From an archaeon (GTDB taxonomy: Bacteria > Gemmatimonadota > Glassbacteria > GWA2-58-10): DNA of 64,000 nt. The notes beneath the pieces were generated by a model. The model saw nothing but the letters and a program-made list of their open reading frames with translations. It was not told where the DNA came from and did not search any database. Both the position numbers and the translations under genes were made by a program. Within the stretch, counting starts at the first letter, position 1; every line of letters begins with the position of its first letter. The stretch spans positions 958 to 64,957 of the forward strand of contig DATKXY010000274.1 in NCBI GenBank assembly GCA_035528795.1, read 5' to 3'. This document shows positions 9,353-19,299 of the stretch, piece by piece.

Positions 9353-9826
9353 ATGCCTGCAGTTTTTTCGGAGAAAGACAGGAAAATCATTGAAACGCTG
9401 ATCGAGCGCTACCCGCAGAAAAAGGCCGCCCTGGGGGATGTGCTCTATCTGGCCCAGGAGTGTTTCGGCAGCCTGACCCCGGAGGTGGAGGAGTATGTGG
9501 CCGGGGTGATGGACTTGCCGGTCTCCTATGTTCACCAGGTAGTGACCTTTTACACCATGTATCTGCGCAAGCCTCTGGGCAGGTACCACCTTACGCTGTG
9601 CGACAATGTGAGCTGCATGCTTTCCGGAGCGGAAGACCTCCTGGGCCACATCAAAAAGAAGCTGGGCCTCGAGGTAGGGGAAACCACTAAGGACGGGAAA
9701 TTCACTCTCTGGACAGTGGAGTGCCTGGGAGCCTGTGAGCTTGCGCCAGTGCTCATGGTAGGCGACAAGCTTTACGGTAATCTTACCGCTGAAAAAATAG
9801 ACAACCTCCTGGATTCTCTGGAGTGA
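9353..9826 (+). CDS. nuoE: NADH-quinone oxidoreductase subunit E (24-kDa, 2Fe-2S)
   Basis: LTLCDNVSCMLSGAEDL...ECLGACELAPV, the four-Cys thioredoxin-like pattern of NuoE. Confidence 0.85.
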   Translation: MPAVFSEKDRKIIETLIERYPQKKAALGDVLYLAQECFGSLTPEVEEYVAGVMDLPVSYVHQVVTFYTMYLRKPLGRYHLTLCDNVSCMLSGAEDLLGHIKKKLGLEVGETTKDGKFTLWTVECLGACELAPVLMVGDKLYGNLTAEKIDNLLDSLE

Positions 9827-9829
9827 GAC

Positions 9830-11101
9830 ATGGGTCAGGTTAAACTTATCAGCCGTTTTTTCGAGATCGAAAATTCTCATCTCCTCCCGGTTTACGAGAG
9901 GCACGGCGGTTATTCCGCGGCTCGTCGGGTAGTGACTGAAAAATGGCCGATGGAGAAGATCATCTCGACAGTCAAGGCCAGCAACCTGCGTGGTCTGGGC
10001 GGTGCTGGCTTTCCTACGGGTGTCAAGTGGGGCTTTGTCCCCCGGGATCAAGAGGGACCGAAATACCTGGTGGTAAATGCGGATGAGGCCGAGCCCGGCA
10101 CTTTCAAGGACCGCCAGGTGATGCTTAACGCCCCGCATCTTTTGATCGAGGGCATTATTATCGCCGCTCTGTCTTTCGGAGCAAAGGAAGCGTTCATCTA
10201 TATCCGGGGCGAATATTTCGAACCCTGCCTGGTGCTTAAACAGGCGCTCAAAGAGGCCGAAGAAGCGGGTTATCTGGGACATAACATTTTCGGAACCTCC
10301 CGCTCCCTCGAGGTAACTATCCACCGGGGAGCCGGAGCCTATATCTGCGGCGAGGAAACTGCGCTCCTCTCGAGCCTCGAAGGCTTCAAAGGATGGCCCA
10401 AGCTTAAGCCCCCCTTCCCTGCTTTAAAGGGCCTGTTCTCAAAGCCTACTATTATCAACAATGTGGAAACCCTCTCTTACGTTCCGATAGTGATCGATAA
10501 AGGACCGGAGTATTTCGCCGGACTCGGTGTCGAGCGTAGCGGCGGAGCGCGGCTGTTCGGGATAAGCGGCCATGTGAAGAAACCCGGGGTCTACGAGCTT
10601 GCCCTGGGCACACCGATGAGGGAGCTCATTTACGAGCATGCAGGCGGGATCAGGGAAAACAGGGCGCTTAAAGCGGTTATCCCCGGCGGCACAAGCTGCC
10701 CGGTCCTCAAAGCCGGGGAAGCTGATATTTCCCTCGATTTCGACAGCCTGGCGAAAATCGGCTCCATGCTGGGATCGGGCGGAGTGATCGTGATGGACGA
10801 GACCACCGATCTGGTCCGGGTGCTCCACCGGATCTGCAGGTTCTATGCGCACGAATCCTGCGGCCAGTGCACCCCCTGCCGCGAGGGGACCGGCTGGATG
10901 ACCCGGATCATGGAAAGGATCGCGGCTGGAGAGGGCCGCGCCAAGGACCTGGACAACCTGGTGGATATCGCCAATATGATCCTGGGCAACACGATCTGCC
11001 CTCTGGGAGATGCCGCGGCCATGCCGGTTGCCAGCTTTATCACCAAGTTCAGGGAAGAGTTCGAGGCAAAGGTCAAAGCCAAATCAGTCGCTGTGGGGTG
11101 A
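9830..11101 (+). CDS. nuoF: NADH-quinone oxidoreductase subunit F (51-kDa, FMN/NADH-binding)
   Basis: GLGGAGFPTGVKWGF (NADH/FMN site), GEETALLSSLEG, and ESCGQCTPCREG (4Fe-4S). Confidence 0.9.
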   Translation: MGQVKLISRFFEIENSHLLPVYERHGGYSAARRVVTEKWPMEKIISTVKASNLRGLGGAGFPTGVKWGFVPRDQEGPKYLVVNADEAEPGTFKDRQVMLNAPHLLIEGIIIAALSFGAKEAFIYIRGEYFEPCLVLKQALKEAEEAGYLGHNIFGTSRSLEVTIHRGAGAYICGEETALLSSLEGFKGWPKLKPPFPALKGLFSKPTIINNVETLSYVPIVIDKGPEYFAGLGVERSGGARLFGISGHVKKPGVYELALGTPMRELIYEHAGGIRENRALKAVIPGGTSCPVLKAGEADISLDFDSLAKIGSMLGSGGVIVMDETTDLVRVLHRICRFYAHESCGQCTPCREGTGWMTRIMERIAAGEGRAKDLDNLVDIANMILGNTICPLGDAAAMPVASFITKFREEFEAKVKAKSVAVG

Positions 11102-11120
11102 GTTTTCCAGCGGAGGAGTT

Positions 11121-12770
11121 TTGAGCCTGAACGGCATAAAAAAGGTCAGGGTGGTAATTGACGGGAACGAGCACCTCTTTCCCGTGGGGATGACAATCTT
11201 CGAGGCCGCAGAGAGCGTGGGGATCGAAATCCCCCATTACTGCTACCATCCCGGGCTTCCGATTGCCGGCGCCTGCAGGATGTGCCTGGTGGAGATCGAA
11301 AAAATACCCAAACTGCAGATCTCCTGCTATATGACAGTCGGGGACGGGATGGTGATCCGCACCAACACAGAGCGGGTGAAAAGGGCCCGGGCCGCAATGC
11401 TCGAATTCCACCTGGTGAACCACCCGCTCGACTGCCCGGTTTGCGACCAGGCCGGAGAATGCGGCCTTCAGATTTATTACATGACGCACGGCCTCTATAT
11501 CTCCAGACTGCTCGAGAACAAGGTCAAGAAGACCAAAAAGGCAGCCCAGATCGGCCCGCACGTGATGCTCGACCAGGAGCGCTGCATACTCTGCAGCCGG
11601 TGCGTCAGGTTTTGCGCCGAGATCTCGAAAAGCCACGAGCTGGGCATTTTCGAACGGGGAGACTACAGCGAGCTCGATATTTTCCCTGGCAAACAGCTCG
11701 ACAATCCTTACTCTGGCAATGTAGTGGATATCTGCCCGGTGGGCGCTTTGACAGACCGGGATTTCCGCTTCAAGACCAGGGTCTGGTACCTGGAAGAGGC
11801 TGAATCGGTGTGCCCGCGCTGCGCCAATGGATGCAACATCTATATCCACTACAATCTCAAGCGGCCATATAAGAACGACGGCCGACGGATAAGCCGTCTC
11901 AAGCCCCGCTACAACAGCGAGGTCAATGACTGGTGGATCTGCGATGAGGGCCGCTACTGTTTCAAGTTCGCAGATAACGATGACAGGCTCCTCGAGCCCC
12001 TTGTGCGCCAGGACAGCCGGACAGCCAGACCGGGATGGGAGGAGACTCTCGGGCGGGCCGCTGAAAGGCTGCGCGCCACCGCCGCCGCTGCTAAAGTGGA
12101 GGTGGCTGTCCTTGTTTCACCGCAAGCATCCAATGAAGAACTGCACATTACAAAGAGAATTTTCAACGAGCAGCTTCCGGGATGCGGGTTCTATTTCAGT
12201 GCGCTGTCGCCTTTCGAGCCTACTGAAGACAGCCTGCTGCGCAAAAAGGATAAAAACCCGAACACCAGAGGTGCAGAGCTTATGGGCTTGAGCTCGGATT
12301 CAGCCGGGGTGAAAAGCCTCGCTGAGCTCAAATCAGCGGCCCTGGCCGGCAAAATCGGCGCGCTCTTTATCGCCTACCATGATCCGCCGGGTCTGCCGGA
12401 ATCCGAAAACCGGGGCTGGGCTGAGGCCATCGAGCGCATACCTTTAATTATCTATCAGGGTACCAACAATACGGCAACCAGCCGCTCGGCGCATATTGTG
12501 CTTCCTGCGGCAACTTTCGCAGAGCGCGAGGGCACGGTGACAAATTCAAGCTCCAGAGTACAGATCCAACGGCGCGCTTTCAGCCCGGCGGGCGAGGCGC
12601 TTCCAGGCTGGGAGATCATGCGCTGCCTGGGCGAGGCATTGGGCGGAGTCTACAGGTTCGAAAATGCAGAGCAGGTTTTTGACGATATGGCTCAGAAATA
12701 TCCGGCCTTTGCCGGGCTGGACTATGGAAAAATCGGCTCATCAGGGATCATTGTAACGAGCGGGAAATAG
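11121..12770 (+). CDS. nuoG: NADH-quinone oxidoreductase subunit G, short form of about 549 aa
   Basis: VVIDGNEH...IPHYCYHPGLPIAGACRMCLVEIE (2Fe-2S ferredoxin), HPLDCPVCDQAGEC and CILCSRCVRFC (4Fe-4S). A TTG at 11121 preceded by GGAGGA is preferred as the start over the ATG at 11010, which lies 90 nt inside nuoF. The protein is markedly shorter than the 780-910-aa NuoG of model organisms. Confidence 0.8.
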   Translation: MSLNGIKKVRVVIDGNEHLFPVGMTIFEAAESVGIEIPHYCYHPGLPIAGACRMCLVEIEKIPKLQISCYMTVGDGMVIRTNTERVKRARAAMLEFHLVNHPLDCPVCDQAGECGLQIYYMTHGLYISRLLENKVKKTKKAAQIGPHVMLDQERCILCSRCVRFCAEISKSHELGIFERGDYSELDIFPGKQLDNPYSGNVVDICPVGALTDRDFRFKTRVWYLEEAESVCPRCANGCNIYIHYNLKRPYKNDGRRISRLKPRYNSEVNDWWICDEGRYCFKFADNDDRLLEPLVRQDSRTARPGWEETLGRAAERLRATAAAAKVEVAVLVSPQASNEELHITKRIFNEQLPGCGFYFSALSPFEPTEDSLLRKKDKNPNTRGAELMGLSSDSAGVKSLAELKSAALAGKIGALFIAYHDPPGLPESENRGWAEAIERIPLIIYQGTNNTATSRSAHIVLPAATFAEREGTVTNSSSRVQIQRRAFSPAGEALPGWEIMRCLGEALGGVYRFENAEQVFDDMAQKYPAFAGLDYGKIGSSGIIVTSGK

Positions 12771-12777
12771 TGAAGGT

Positions 12778-13869
12778 TTGTTTATGTTGATCGATCTGTT
12801 GATCAAAACAATTGTCATCCTTGTGGTCTTGAACGGGGTTCTCGCTTTCGGCGGGTTTCTCACCTGGGTTGAGCGCAAGCAGAGCGCGGTGATGCAGGAC
12901 CGTATCGGCGCAAACCGCGCCTCTATCCTCGGCTTCAGGCTCTGGGGGCTGTTTCATATCCTGAGCGACGGGATCAAGATGTTCGCCAAGGAGGAGTTCA
13001 CCCCGACCACCGAGTACCGCAAGCTGTTCTGGCTCGCCCCGTTTATCTCGTGGTTTTTCGCCCTGACAGCCTTTGCGGTCATCCCTTTCTCTGATACTAT
13101 CAGCCTGTGGGGCAAAGAGCTGACCCTTCAGATTGCCAACCCGGAGATCGGCATCCTGTTTGTTTTTGCGATGATGGGTATGTCGATCTACGGGGTGATC
13201 CTCGGCGGCTGGTCCTCGAGCAACAATTACGCCCTCCTGGGAGCCATGCGGGCCAGCGCGCAGATGATAAGCTACGAGGTGGCTCTGGCAGCTTCCGTGG
13301 TCGGGCCGCTGATCGTGTTCGGAACCCTGAACATGCAGAAAATTGTCGAGTGGCAGGGCCAGACTTACGGCGGCTGGCTGCCCCTGTGGGGAGTAGTGGT
13401 GCAGCCCCTGGCTTTTCTTCTGTTTATCACCGCCGGTGCGGCGGAAACCAAAAGGGTGCCTTTTGACCTGCCAGAGGGCGAGTCCGAGATTATCGGCTTC
13501 AACCTCGAGTATTCGAGCATGCGTTTCGGCGCTTTCATGTTCACTGACTTCGTGGAAAAGATACTCGTGTCCTGCCTGACTGTCACAGTGTTCCTGGGCG
13601 GCTGGCAGGTCCCGTTCCTGGCAGAGAGCGGCTTCGTTTACGGCCCGGAAACCTTGCTCCCGCTGGATATCAGGCTTGTCTGGCTGCTCCGGGCGGCCGC
13701 TTTCCTGGTCAAAGTCTGTATCGTGATCTATGTTCTGATGCTCGTGCGCTGGACCCTGCCCCGCTTCCGTTACGACCAGCTCATGCGCCTGGGCTGGAAA
13801 TTCCTGCTGCCGCTGGCTTTCGCCAATATAGTGGTCACTGCTGCGGTGGTCTTTATCCTGAATTCGTGA
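12778..13869 (+). CDS. nuoH: NADH-quinone oxidoreductase subunit H
   Basis: Polytopic protein with GFLTWVERK...MQDRIGANR...GLFHILSDGIKMF...EGESEI motifs of NuoH/ND1. Confidence 0.9.
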   Translation: MFMLIDLLIKTIVILVVLNGVLAFGGFLTWVERKQSAVMQDRIGANRASILGFRLWGLFHILSDGIKMFAKEEFTPTTEYRKLFWLAPFISWFFALTAFAVIPFSDTISLWGKELTLQIANPEIGILFVFAMMGMSIYGVILGGWSSSNNYALLGAMRASAQMISYEVALAASVVGPLIVFGTLNMQKIVEWQGQTYGGWLPLWGVVVQPLAFLLFITAGAAETKRVPFDLPEGESEIIGFNLEYSSMRFGAFMFTDFVEKILVSCLTVTVFLGGWQVPFLAESGFVYGPETLLPLDIRLVWLLRAAAFLVKVCIVIYVLMLVRWTLPRFRYDQLMRLGWKFLLPLAFANIVVTAAVVFILNS

Positions 13870-13910
13870 ATCAGACCGGATAAGTCATTTGTTGGAGGTT
13901 TTATATCATC

Positions 13911-14489
13911 TTGGGCAAGATAACTGTTAAAAAGATCGATACCAGGCCTACGCTCACCTTTCTCGAGCGCACGTACCTGAAAGAAATCCTGCGGGGTTTG
14001 TGGATCACCAACCTGCATTTCGTGGTCAATATCTTTTTCCACATCCTGCACCTGTTCGGGATCAGGACAAGACGAAAAGGGGCGGTGACAATCCAGTACC
14101 CGGAGGAGCACAGGGGCTACCACCGCCGCCTGCGCACCTCGCACTACTTGACAAAGCGCGAGGACGGCAGCCCGCGCTGCGTGGGCTGCATGATGTGCGA
14201 GACAGTCTGCCCGGCCCACTGTATCTTTATCACCGCTAAGGAACACCCGGACCCGAACGTGGAAAAACAGGCTTATTCCTATACTATCGATATGGGCAGG
14301 TGTGTCTACTGCGGGTTCTGTGTCGAGGCCTGCCCTGAGGATGCGATCCGCATGGACTCGGGCCACCTGGAGATCAGTGCCTACAGCCGGGAAGAAATGG
14401 TCTACCCCATAGACCGGCTGCTGAAGATCGAGCATGATCCCAAGCCGTACAAGGACTATGGAAAATATCTCGAGGAGTTTTTGAGGTAA
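13911..14489 (+). CDS. nuoI: NADH-quinone oxidoreductase subunit I (2x[4Fe-4S] ferredoxin)
   Basis: CVGCMMCETVCP and CVYCGFCVEACP tandem ferredoxin motifs. 192 aa. Confidence 0.85.
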   Translation: MGKITVKKIDTRPTLTFLERTYLKEILRGLWITNLHFVVNIFFHILHLFGIRTRRKGAVTIQYPEEHRGYHRRLRTSHYLTKREDGSPRCVGCMMCETVCPAHCIFITAKEHPDPNVEKQAYSYTIDMGRCVYCGFCVEACPEDAIRMDSGHLEISAYSREEMVYPIDRLLKIEHDPKPYKDYGKYLEEFLR

Positions 14490-14665
14490 GCTTTTTCGAC
14501 GCGAGACTGCCGGGTTATTAAACTCAAAGCATAGTAGTTTCGCGCATTACCCATTTTCAATACAGTTTCTTTTATATTTTAGTCTCCCCTTATTCCGCCT
14601 TTCTATAAAAGCTTTCATTAGTTAAGCCTTTACTCCTGCCTGCCGCCTGGATATTCCCGCCCTGT

Positions 14666-16609
14666 CTACCTCATGATCTGCTCTGCCAGCTCGAGGCGCG
14701 CCCTGTACCAGTCTTCCGGCCTGTGCGACCAGCTCCCCGGATCAGACACCGGGTCCCCTGGGAAAGGCCAGGTCTCCCGCAGGGCCCGCCTGATTATCCG
14801 GCTCACTATCCGGTCAGCCGCTGCCCCGCTGTCGCTGTTTTTCCGGGTGAGCAGCCAGAAATACTCGTAATCCTGAATACTGCGGCGCATCATTTTGAGC
14901 CTGATCGAGGGCAGCACCTCGCCAGGCAGGCCTATCTGTTCTCCCGGGTAAATATACATGACCCGGAGGTAGCTACCGCTAAGGTCCTCGCTCTTTCCCA
15001 TCCGGCGGAACACATTGCGCCCGCCGGTCACCGCGAACTCCCAGTCGCACACTCCGCCGATACGGTTCTTCCAGGCAATCCACATCCAGGTGCGGAACCC
15101 CAGGGACTCGCCGTTGACATTGTTAGTCCCGACAGCAGGCGCATAACCGTTGTAGAACCAGACATCGGTCCAGGGGCTTCCCGGGCGCATGTTGAGCACT
15201 TCCGGGACTAGACACACGCCGTGGCAGTTCCACAGATCGACCACATCTTTCAGATAGCTCACTGTCTCCCGGGTGCCGGGCGCGATCTTCCCGTCAACGT
15301 CGAGGTCAACAGCAGCGCTCAGGCCGTAATCGATATCAGTGCGGTATTTGATCCGTCCGGCGCCGCTCTCTTTGAGAATCTCCCCGAAGCGCCTGACCAG
15401 GCGCAGCTCCTTGCCCTGGGGTCCCGGCTCATCCACTCCGCCAGGGAAAAAGTAGATTCTCGTTTCAGTCCAGCCCCGCTCGTTGAAATGCCGCTCGAAC
15501 TCGAGGAGAATCCGCTTGAGGGCGGCTTCGTATTCAGGTGTAAAATGCTCTAAGGCGCTGTCTCCAGGCATAGGGAACGGCCAGTTGCGGCCCTTCCAGG
15601 CTCCCCCTTTGTCCTCGCGCCAGATTCGGGCGTCAATCGGCAGGACAATATGCTTTACAGGCTGCCCCCGGCCCGGGCCTTCCACGAATGCCGAGCCGTC
15701 GAAAAACCTGCCCCACCGCTGGTCGTACTGTCGCCAGTCAAACTTTACTCCATACCCTTCCCCCACCAGCTCCGGACCGATCGTGCTCGGGCAGAGAGTG
15801 AGCCTGTGGCTCTGGGCCATGCGCCAGGTTTTCAGTTCCAGCTCCTCCGGTCCCCTGGCGAGCCGTCCATAATCGAGGATCTCCCAGGTAGTGTGAAACT
15901 CATCCGGGATGGTGAAATCAAAAACCTCAAGCTCCATGGAGAGGACCAGGTCCGGTTCCCCCCCGGCGCTTACCTGCAGCGTGCCGCGATATTTTCCAGC
16001 GCTAGCGCTGTCCGGCACATAAAGGTCCATCCAGACAGCCTGGTTGGTCTGGGTCGTGAGATACTGAAAAGGCTTGCCTTCTTCATCGAGCGAATAAAAA
16101 TCCTCGCCCGGGATATCAAAAGGCGCCCCGTGTTTCTGCGCATCGAGCGGGATCAGGGCATCCGGGTACCAGCCGGTCTTTAAGGGAAAAAAGACACCCT
16201 TTTCCCTCTGGCTTCGGGTGAGTAGAATGTACCATTCCCTGAAAAGCCTGACCTGCGAGGCCGGGATGCTCGCGCCGCCTGCTGATTCGAGGCCCGACAC
16301 TCCGATTGAAACCCCTCTGACAGGCCGGTCTGTGGCGATAATCAACTGGCAGGAGACCACTTCATTGCAGGCAGCTTTGAGGGAGATCGTGCGGGAATAA
16401 GAGTCCCAGACCCAGTTTTTTTCCCTGCAGCCGGATTCGATTACAGGCCCGAAAAAGGTCTGCATCCCTTCGATTGCTCTTCCAGATTCCGGGTCAATCC
16501 GCACCCCGTCCCCGACAGCCCAGACATCCAGTGCGCAGGCGTGATCCACTGAAGAAAAAATTATGCCTGCCAAAATGAAGAAAAAGAGCGCATGACAGTT
16601 CATTTTCAT
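14666..16609 (-). CDS. Secreted 647-aa protein, a putative glycoside hydrolase (DUF4091/GH123-like). The family assignment is tentative.
   Basis: N-terminal signal peptide MKMNCHALFFFILAGIIFSSVDHACA. Size, the Trp/Tyr-rich composition and the sugar-gene context are consistent with DUF4091-type hydrolases. No catalytic motif could be confirmed by eye. Confidence 0.35.
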   Translation of the reverse strand: MKMNCHALFFFILAGIIFSSVDHACALDVWAVGDGVRIDPESGRAIEGMQTFFGPVIESGCREKNWVWDSYSRTISLKAACNEVVSCQLIIATDRPVRGVSIGVSGLESAGGASIPASQVRLFREWYILLTRSQREKGVFFPLKTGWYPDALIPLDAQKHGAPFDIPGEDFYSLDEEGKPFQYLTTQTNQAVWMDLYVPDSASAGKYRGTLQVSAGGEPDLVLSMELEVFDFTIPDEFHTTWEILDYGRLARGPEELELKTWRMAQSHRLTLCPSTIGPELVGEGYGVKFDWRQYDQRWGRFFDGSAFVEGPGRGQPVKHIVLPIDARIWREDKGGAWKGRNWPFPMPGDSALEHFTPEYEAALKRILLEFERHFNERGWTETRIYFFPGGVDEPGPQGKELRLVRRFGEILKESGAGRIKYRTDIDYGLSAAVDLDVDGKIAPGTRETVSYLKDVVDLWNCHGVCLVPEVLNMRPGSPWTDVWFYNGYAPAVGTNNVNGESLGFRTWMWIAWKNRIGGVCDWEFAVTGGRNVFRRMGKSEDLSGSYLRVMYIYPGEQIGLPGEVLPSIRLKMMRRSIQDYEYFWLLTRKNSDSGAAADRIVSRIIRRALRETWPFPGDPVSDPGSWSHRPEDWYRARLELAEQIMR

Positions 16610-16699
16610 AGCGGAACCCTCCTGTGCGGAATTCTATTTCAGGATTTCAGCAAAAAAAAGACCGCCTGCGGACGGTCCTTTTTTCAATATTTGAATTTC

Positions 16700-17908
16700 C
16701 TACTTCACCGGGTGGAAAGCAAAGTCTGTAAACTCAGGCATCTCGCCCACCAAGGGCGCGAGATAGTCGATAAAAGCCTGGGTCACGAACATGCCCGACT
16801 GGTCGATAAACTGATCCGGCATGGGTTTGGCCTTTACTGCCACCTCGCCCAGGAGGGCCGTGCCGAGCCTGGTGCAGTAGCAGCCGCCCTCGCTGCCCCG
16901 CTCGATCGAGACCATCAGCCCGGTTTTGCCCTCGCCGGCAAGCTCGACTGCCCGCTGGCCGCAGAGATAGGCTTCCTCGAGATCCAGGCAGCTTACACGG
17001 TCTGAGCCGCACATCTGCAGGGACTCGACCACCTGGAACTCACCCCTCTGACCCTTGAACCTGTCCCCGATCATCTTATGCAGCATCATCGCCGCGCTGG
17101 TGCCGCCCATGGCGCCGAACTCGACATTGCCGAAGCGGTCCACGGTCTGGGAGGCGGAGATCGGGGTGCCGTCAGCATAGGAGACACCTTCGCCGCAGGA
17201 GATCGAGCAGAAACCGTATTTCTTGTAGCATTCCCCGACCTTAGCCAGGAATTTTTCCTTGTCGAACGCGCGCTCGGGGATCAGGATAATGTGCGGCGGG
17301 TCCTCCTCGTTCTTTTTTGCGGCAATCGCGCTTGCAGCAAGCCAGCCTGAATCGCGCCCGACTGCCTGATAGATCACGTACTGGTCCACTTTCTGCATGT
17401 CACGGGCCAGGCGCCCGCCCTGCTGCACCGAAAGGGCCACGTAGCGGGCAGCGCTCGGGTAACCGGGCGTATGGTCAGTGCCGAAAAGGTCATTGTCCAC
17501 TGTTTTGGGGACACCGATGCCGTGGAGCTCGTAGCCGTTCTTCCTGCAATAGTCCTCGACCCTGTTGATCGTGTCCATGGAGTCATTGCCGCCGATCATG
17601 AAAAAGTAGCGGATGTCGTATTTTTTAAGGACTTTCAAAATCGCGGGAAAGTCCTTATCCTGCAGCTTGTGCCTGCATGAACCCAGTGCGCTTGAGGGTG
17701 TCTGGCGCAGGGCGGCTATGGTGCGCGGATCCTCTTTTTTCAGATCCGCGAGCATCTCTTTCATAAAGCCCTCGATACCCCAGCGCATCCCGTAGACCCC
17801 GCTGATACAGTCCTGGCGCATCGCAGCCTCGATCACCCCGCAGAGGCTCGAGTTGATTACCGAGGTCGGACCGCCGGACTGTCCGATAACAGCGTTTCCT
17901 TTAAGCAT
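16700..17908 (-). CDS. pfp: 6-phosphofructokinase, probably the pyrophosphate-dependent type
   Basis: IGQSGGPTSVINSS...FFMIGGNDSMDT...GIGVPKTVDNDL...MGGTSA. The PFK-A fold motifs carry the Gly-to-Asn/Asp and GGDG-to-GGND changes typical of PPi-PFK. An internal ATG at 17908 with a GGAG RBS is preferred over 17956. Confidence 0.75.
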   Translation of the reverse strand: MLKGNAVIGQSGGPTSVINSSLCGVIEAAMRQDCISGVYGMRWGIEGFMKEMLADLKKEDPRTIAALRQTPSSALGSCRHKLQDKDFPAILKVLKKYDIRYFFMIGGNDSMDTINRVEDYCRKNGYELHGIGVPKTVDNDLFGTDHTPGYPSAARYVALSVQQGGRLARDMQKVDQYVIYQAVGRDSGWLAASAIAAKKNEEDPPHIILIPERAFDKEKFLAKVGECYKKYGFCSISCGEGVSYADGTPISASQTVDRFGNVEFGAMGGTSAAMMLHKMIGDRFKGQRGEFQVVESLQMCGSDRVSCLDLEEAYLCGQRAVELAGEGKTGLMVSIERGSEGGCYCTRLGTALLGEVAVKAKPMPDQFIDQSGMFVTQAFIDYLAPLVGEMPEFTDFAFHPVK

Positions 17909-18064
17909 GGCATTACTCCGTTTATTCTGGCTTGAGTTTCTCCGATGAGCTACCATGCAAGCCAGGCTTGCAGGTAATAAAAGCTATCAAGTCTTTTCGC
18001 GAAACTCTTTATTTCAGGAATTGTCAACCCGTATTTTCGCGTTAATGATCAAACAGTACGTTTG

Positions 18065-19276
18065 TTAACCGGCAATCACCTTGAAAGTGCCGTCGGCATA
18101 AAACCGCGGACGGTCGTAAATCCTGACCCCCTTGACCACCCTGCTGATCACCCCGGCCTCAGAGGGGCTGTCGGGTTTCAGGCCGTAGGAAAGCGATTTA
18201 AAGACCCCGAGGCTCTGGCCGATAACGACATAAGCCGGGCTCTGGTAGTCATCGGGAATCTCGCAGCCATGCTCGATCACCAGGTCAGCCGCGGCTTTCA
18301 CCTCGGCATCCGCTTTCCTGCAGACTGCGATCTTTTTCATGCCGATTCCCTTATTCTTGACCCCGTTCATCAGGTCCAGCTCGTAGCGGTGAACCAGGGG
18401 CTCCTCGCTCATGAGATAGACAACCAGGGTGTCGTTATGGACCACCGCTTCCGGGCCGTGGCGCAGTCCCAGGAAACTGTCGAACTTGCCCACCACCTTG
18501 CCGTCTGTCTCCTCCTGGAGCTTGAGGTGGCATTCCTTGGCGCAGCCGAACAGGGTGTTCGAGCCCAGGAAAACCGCTCTCTCGAACGGCTCGCCGCACA
18601 GGGCTTCGAGAGCCCCGGAGTACTGGGCCATGATCTTTTTGCCTGCCGCAGCGAGCTCTTTGGCAATCTTAGCATAACGGGCAGTGTCCTTGATCGAGGC
18701 GATATACTGGCCCGCGACCACCATGCTCGAAAACGAGCTGGTCATGGCCAGGGACTTATCATTGGTTTTCTCTGGCAGAAGGATCAGCAGGCTCCGCCCT
18801 TTGGTCTCCCGGCCCATCTGGGCCAGCTTGCCGTCCTTGTTGCATGTAATCACGATATGTTTTATATCGCTCTTCGATTCCTCGCCCAGCACAAAGGTGC
18901 CCACGCTTTCCGGGCTGTTGCCCGAGCGGGCGAAATGCACCAGGAAATATTTCTTACCTGGCAGAAAGAAAGCCTCCGGGTCAGTGATAATCTCCGTGGT
19001 CCCCACTGCCTTGGCCTTATAATCGCTGACCTTATTGTACAGGCTCTCCAGACAGAGGCCGATAAAAGCCGAGGTCCCGGCGCCGGTGAGCAGGACCGTG
19101 CGATCAGTCTCTCCGCCCAGATAGGAGAGAATCTCCTTTTTCTGCTTTTCGAGAATCGCCAGGGTCTCAAGCCACATCTCGGGCTGCTGGTAAATCTCGG
19201 CGGGGGTGTACTCGGTGCCTTTGGCTTTCTTCTCTTTCCCAGGCGCCTGAATCAGTTTGAGCAATGCATCCGGCAT
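18065..19276 (-). CDS. SIS-domain sugar-phosphate isomerase, AgaS-like (putative galactosamine/tagatose-6-phosphate ketose-aldose isomerase)
   Basis: Two SIS repeats: VLLTGAGTSAFIG...HFARSGNSPESVG and VFLGSNTLFGCAKECHLKL. At 403 aa with a double SIS domain, it matches the AgaS/GlmS C-terminal-like family. Confidence 0.6.
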   Translation of the reverse strand: MPDALLKLIQAPGKEKKAKGTEYTPAEIYQQPEMWLETLAILEKQKKEILSYLGGETDRTVLLTGAGTSAFIGLCLESLYNKVSDYKAKAVGTTEIITDPEAFFLPGKKYFLVHFARSGNSPESVGTFVLGEESKSDIKHIVITCNKDGKLAQMGRETKGRSLLILLPEKTNDKSLAMTSSFSSMVVAGQYIASIKDTARYAKIAKELAAAGKKIMAQYSGALEALCGEPFERAVFLGSNTLFGCAKECHLKLQEETDGKVVGKFDSFLGLRHGPEAVVHNDTLVVYLMSEEPLVHRYELDLMNGVKNKGIGMKKIAVCRKADAEVKAAADLVIEHGCEIPDDYQSPAYVVIGQSLGVFKSLSYGLKPDSPSEAGVISRVVKGVRIYDRPRFYADGTFKVIAG

Positions 19277-19299
19277 TATAAACTCCTTCCAGGTAACTT

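Noticed and set aside
11010-11120. ATG at 11010 as the nuoG start, which would overlap nuoF by 90 nt
   Set aside because: The N-terminal extension (MPRPCRLPALSPSSGKSSRQRSK...) is Arg/Ser-rich nonsense in the nuoF coding frame. A TTG at 11121 preceded by GGAGGA gives the conserved NuoG N-terminus (xVVIDG).
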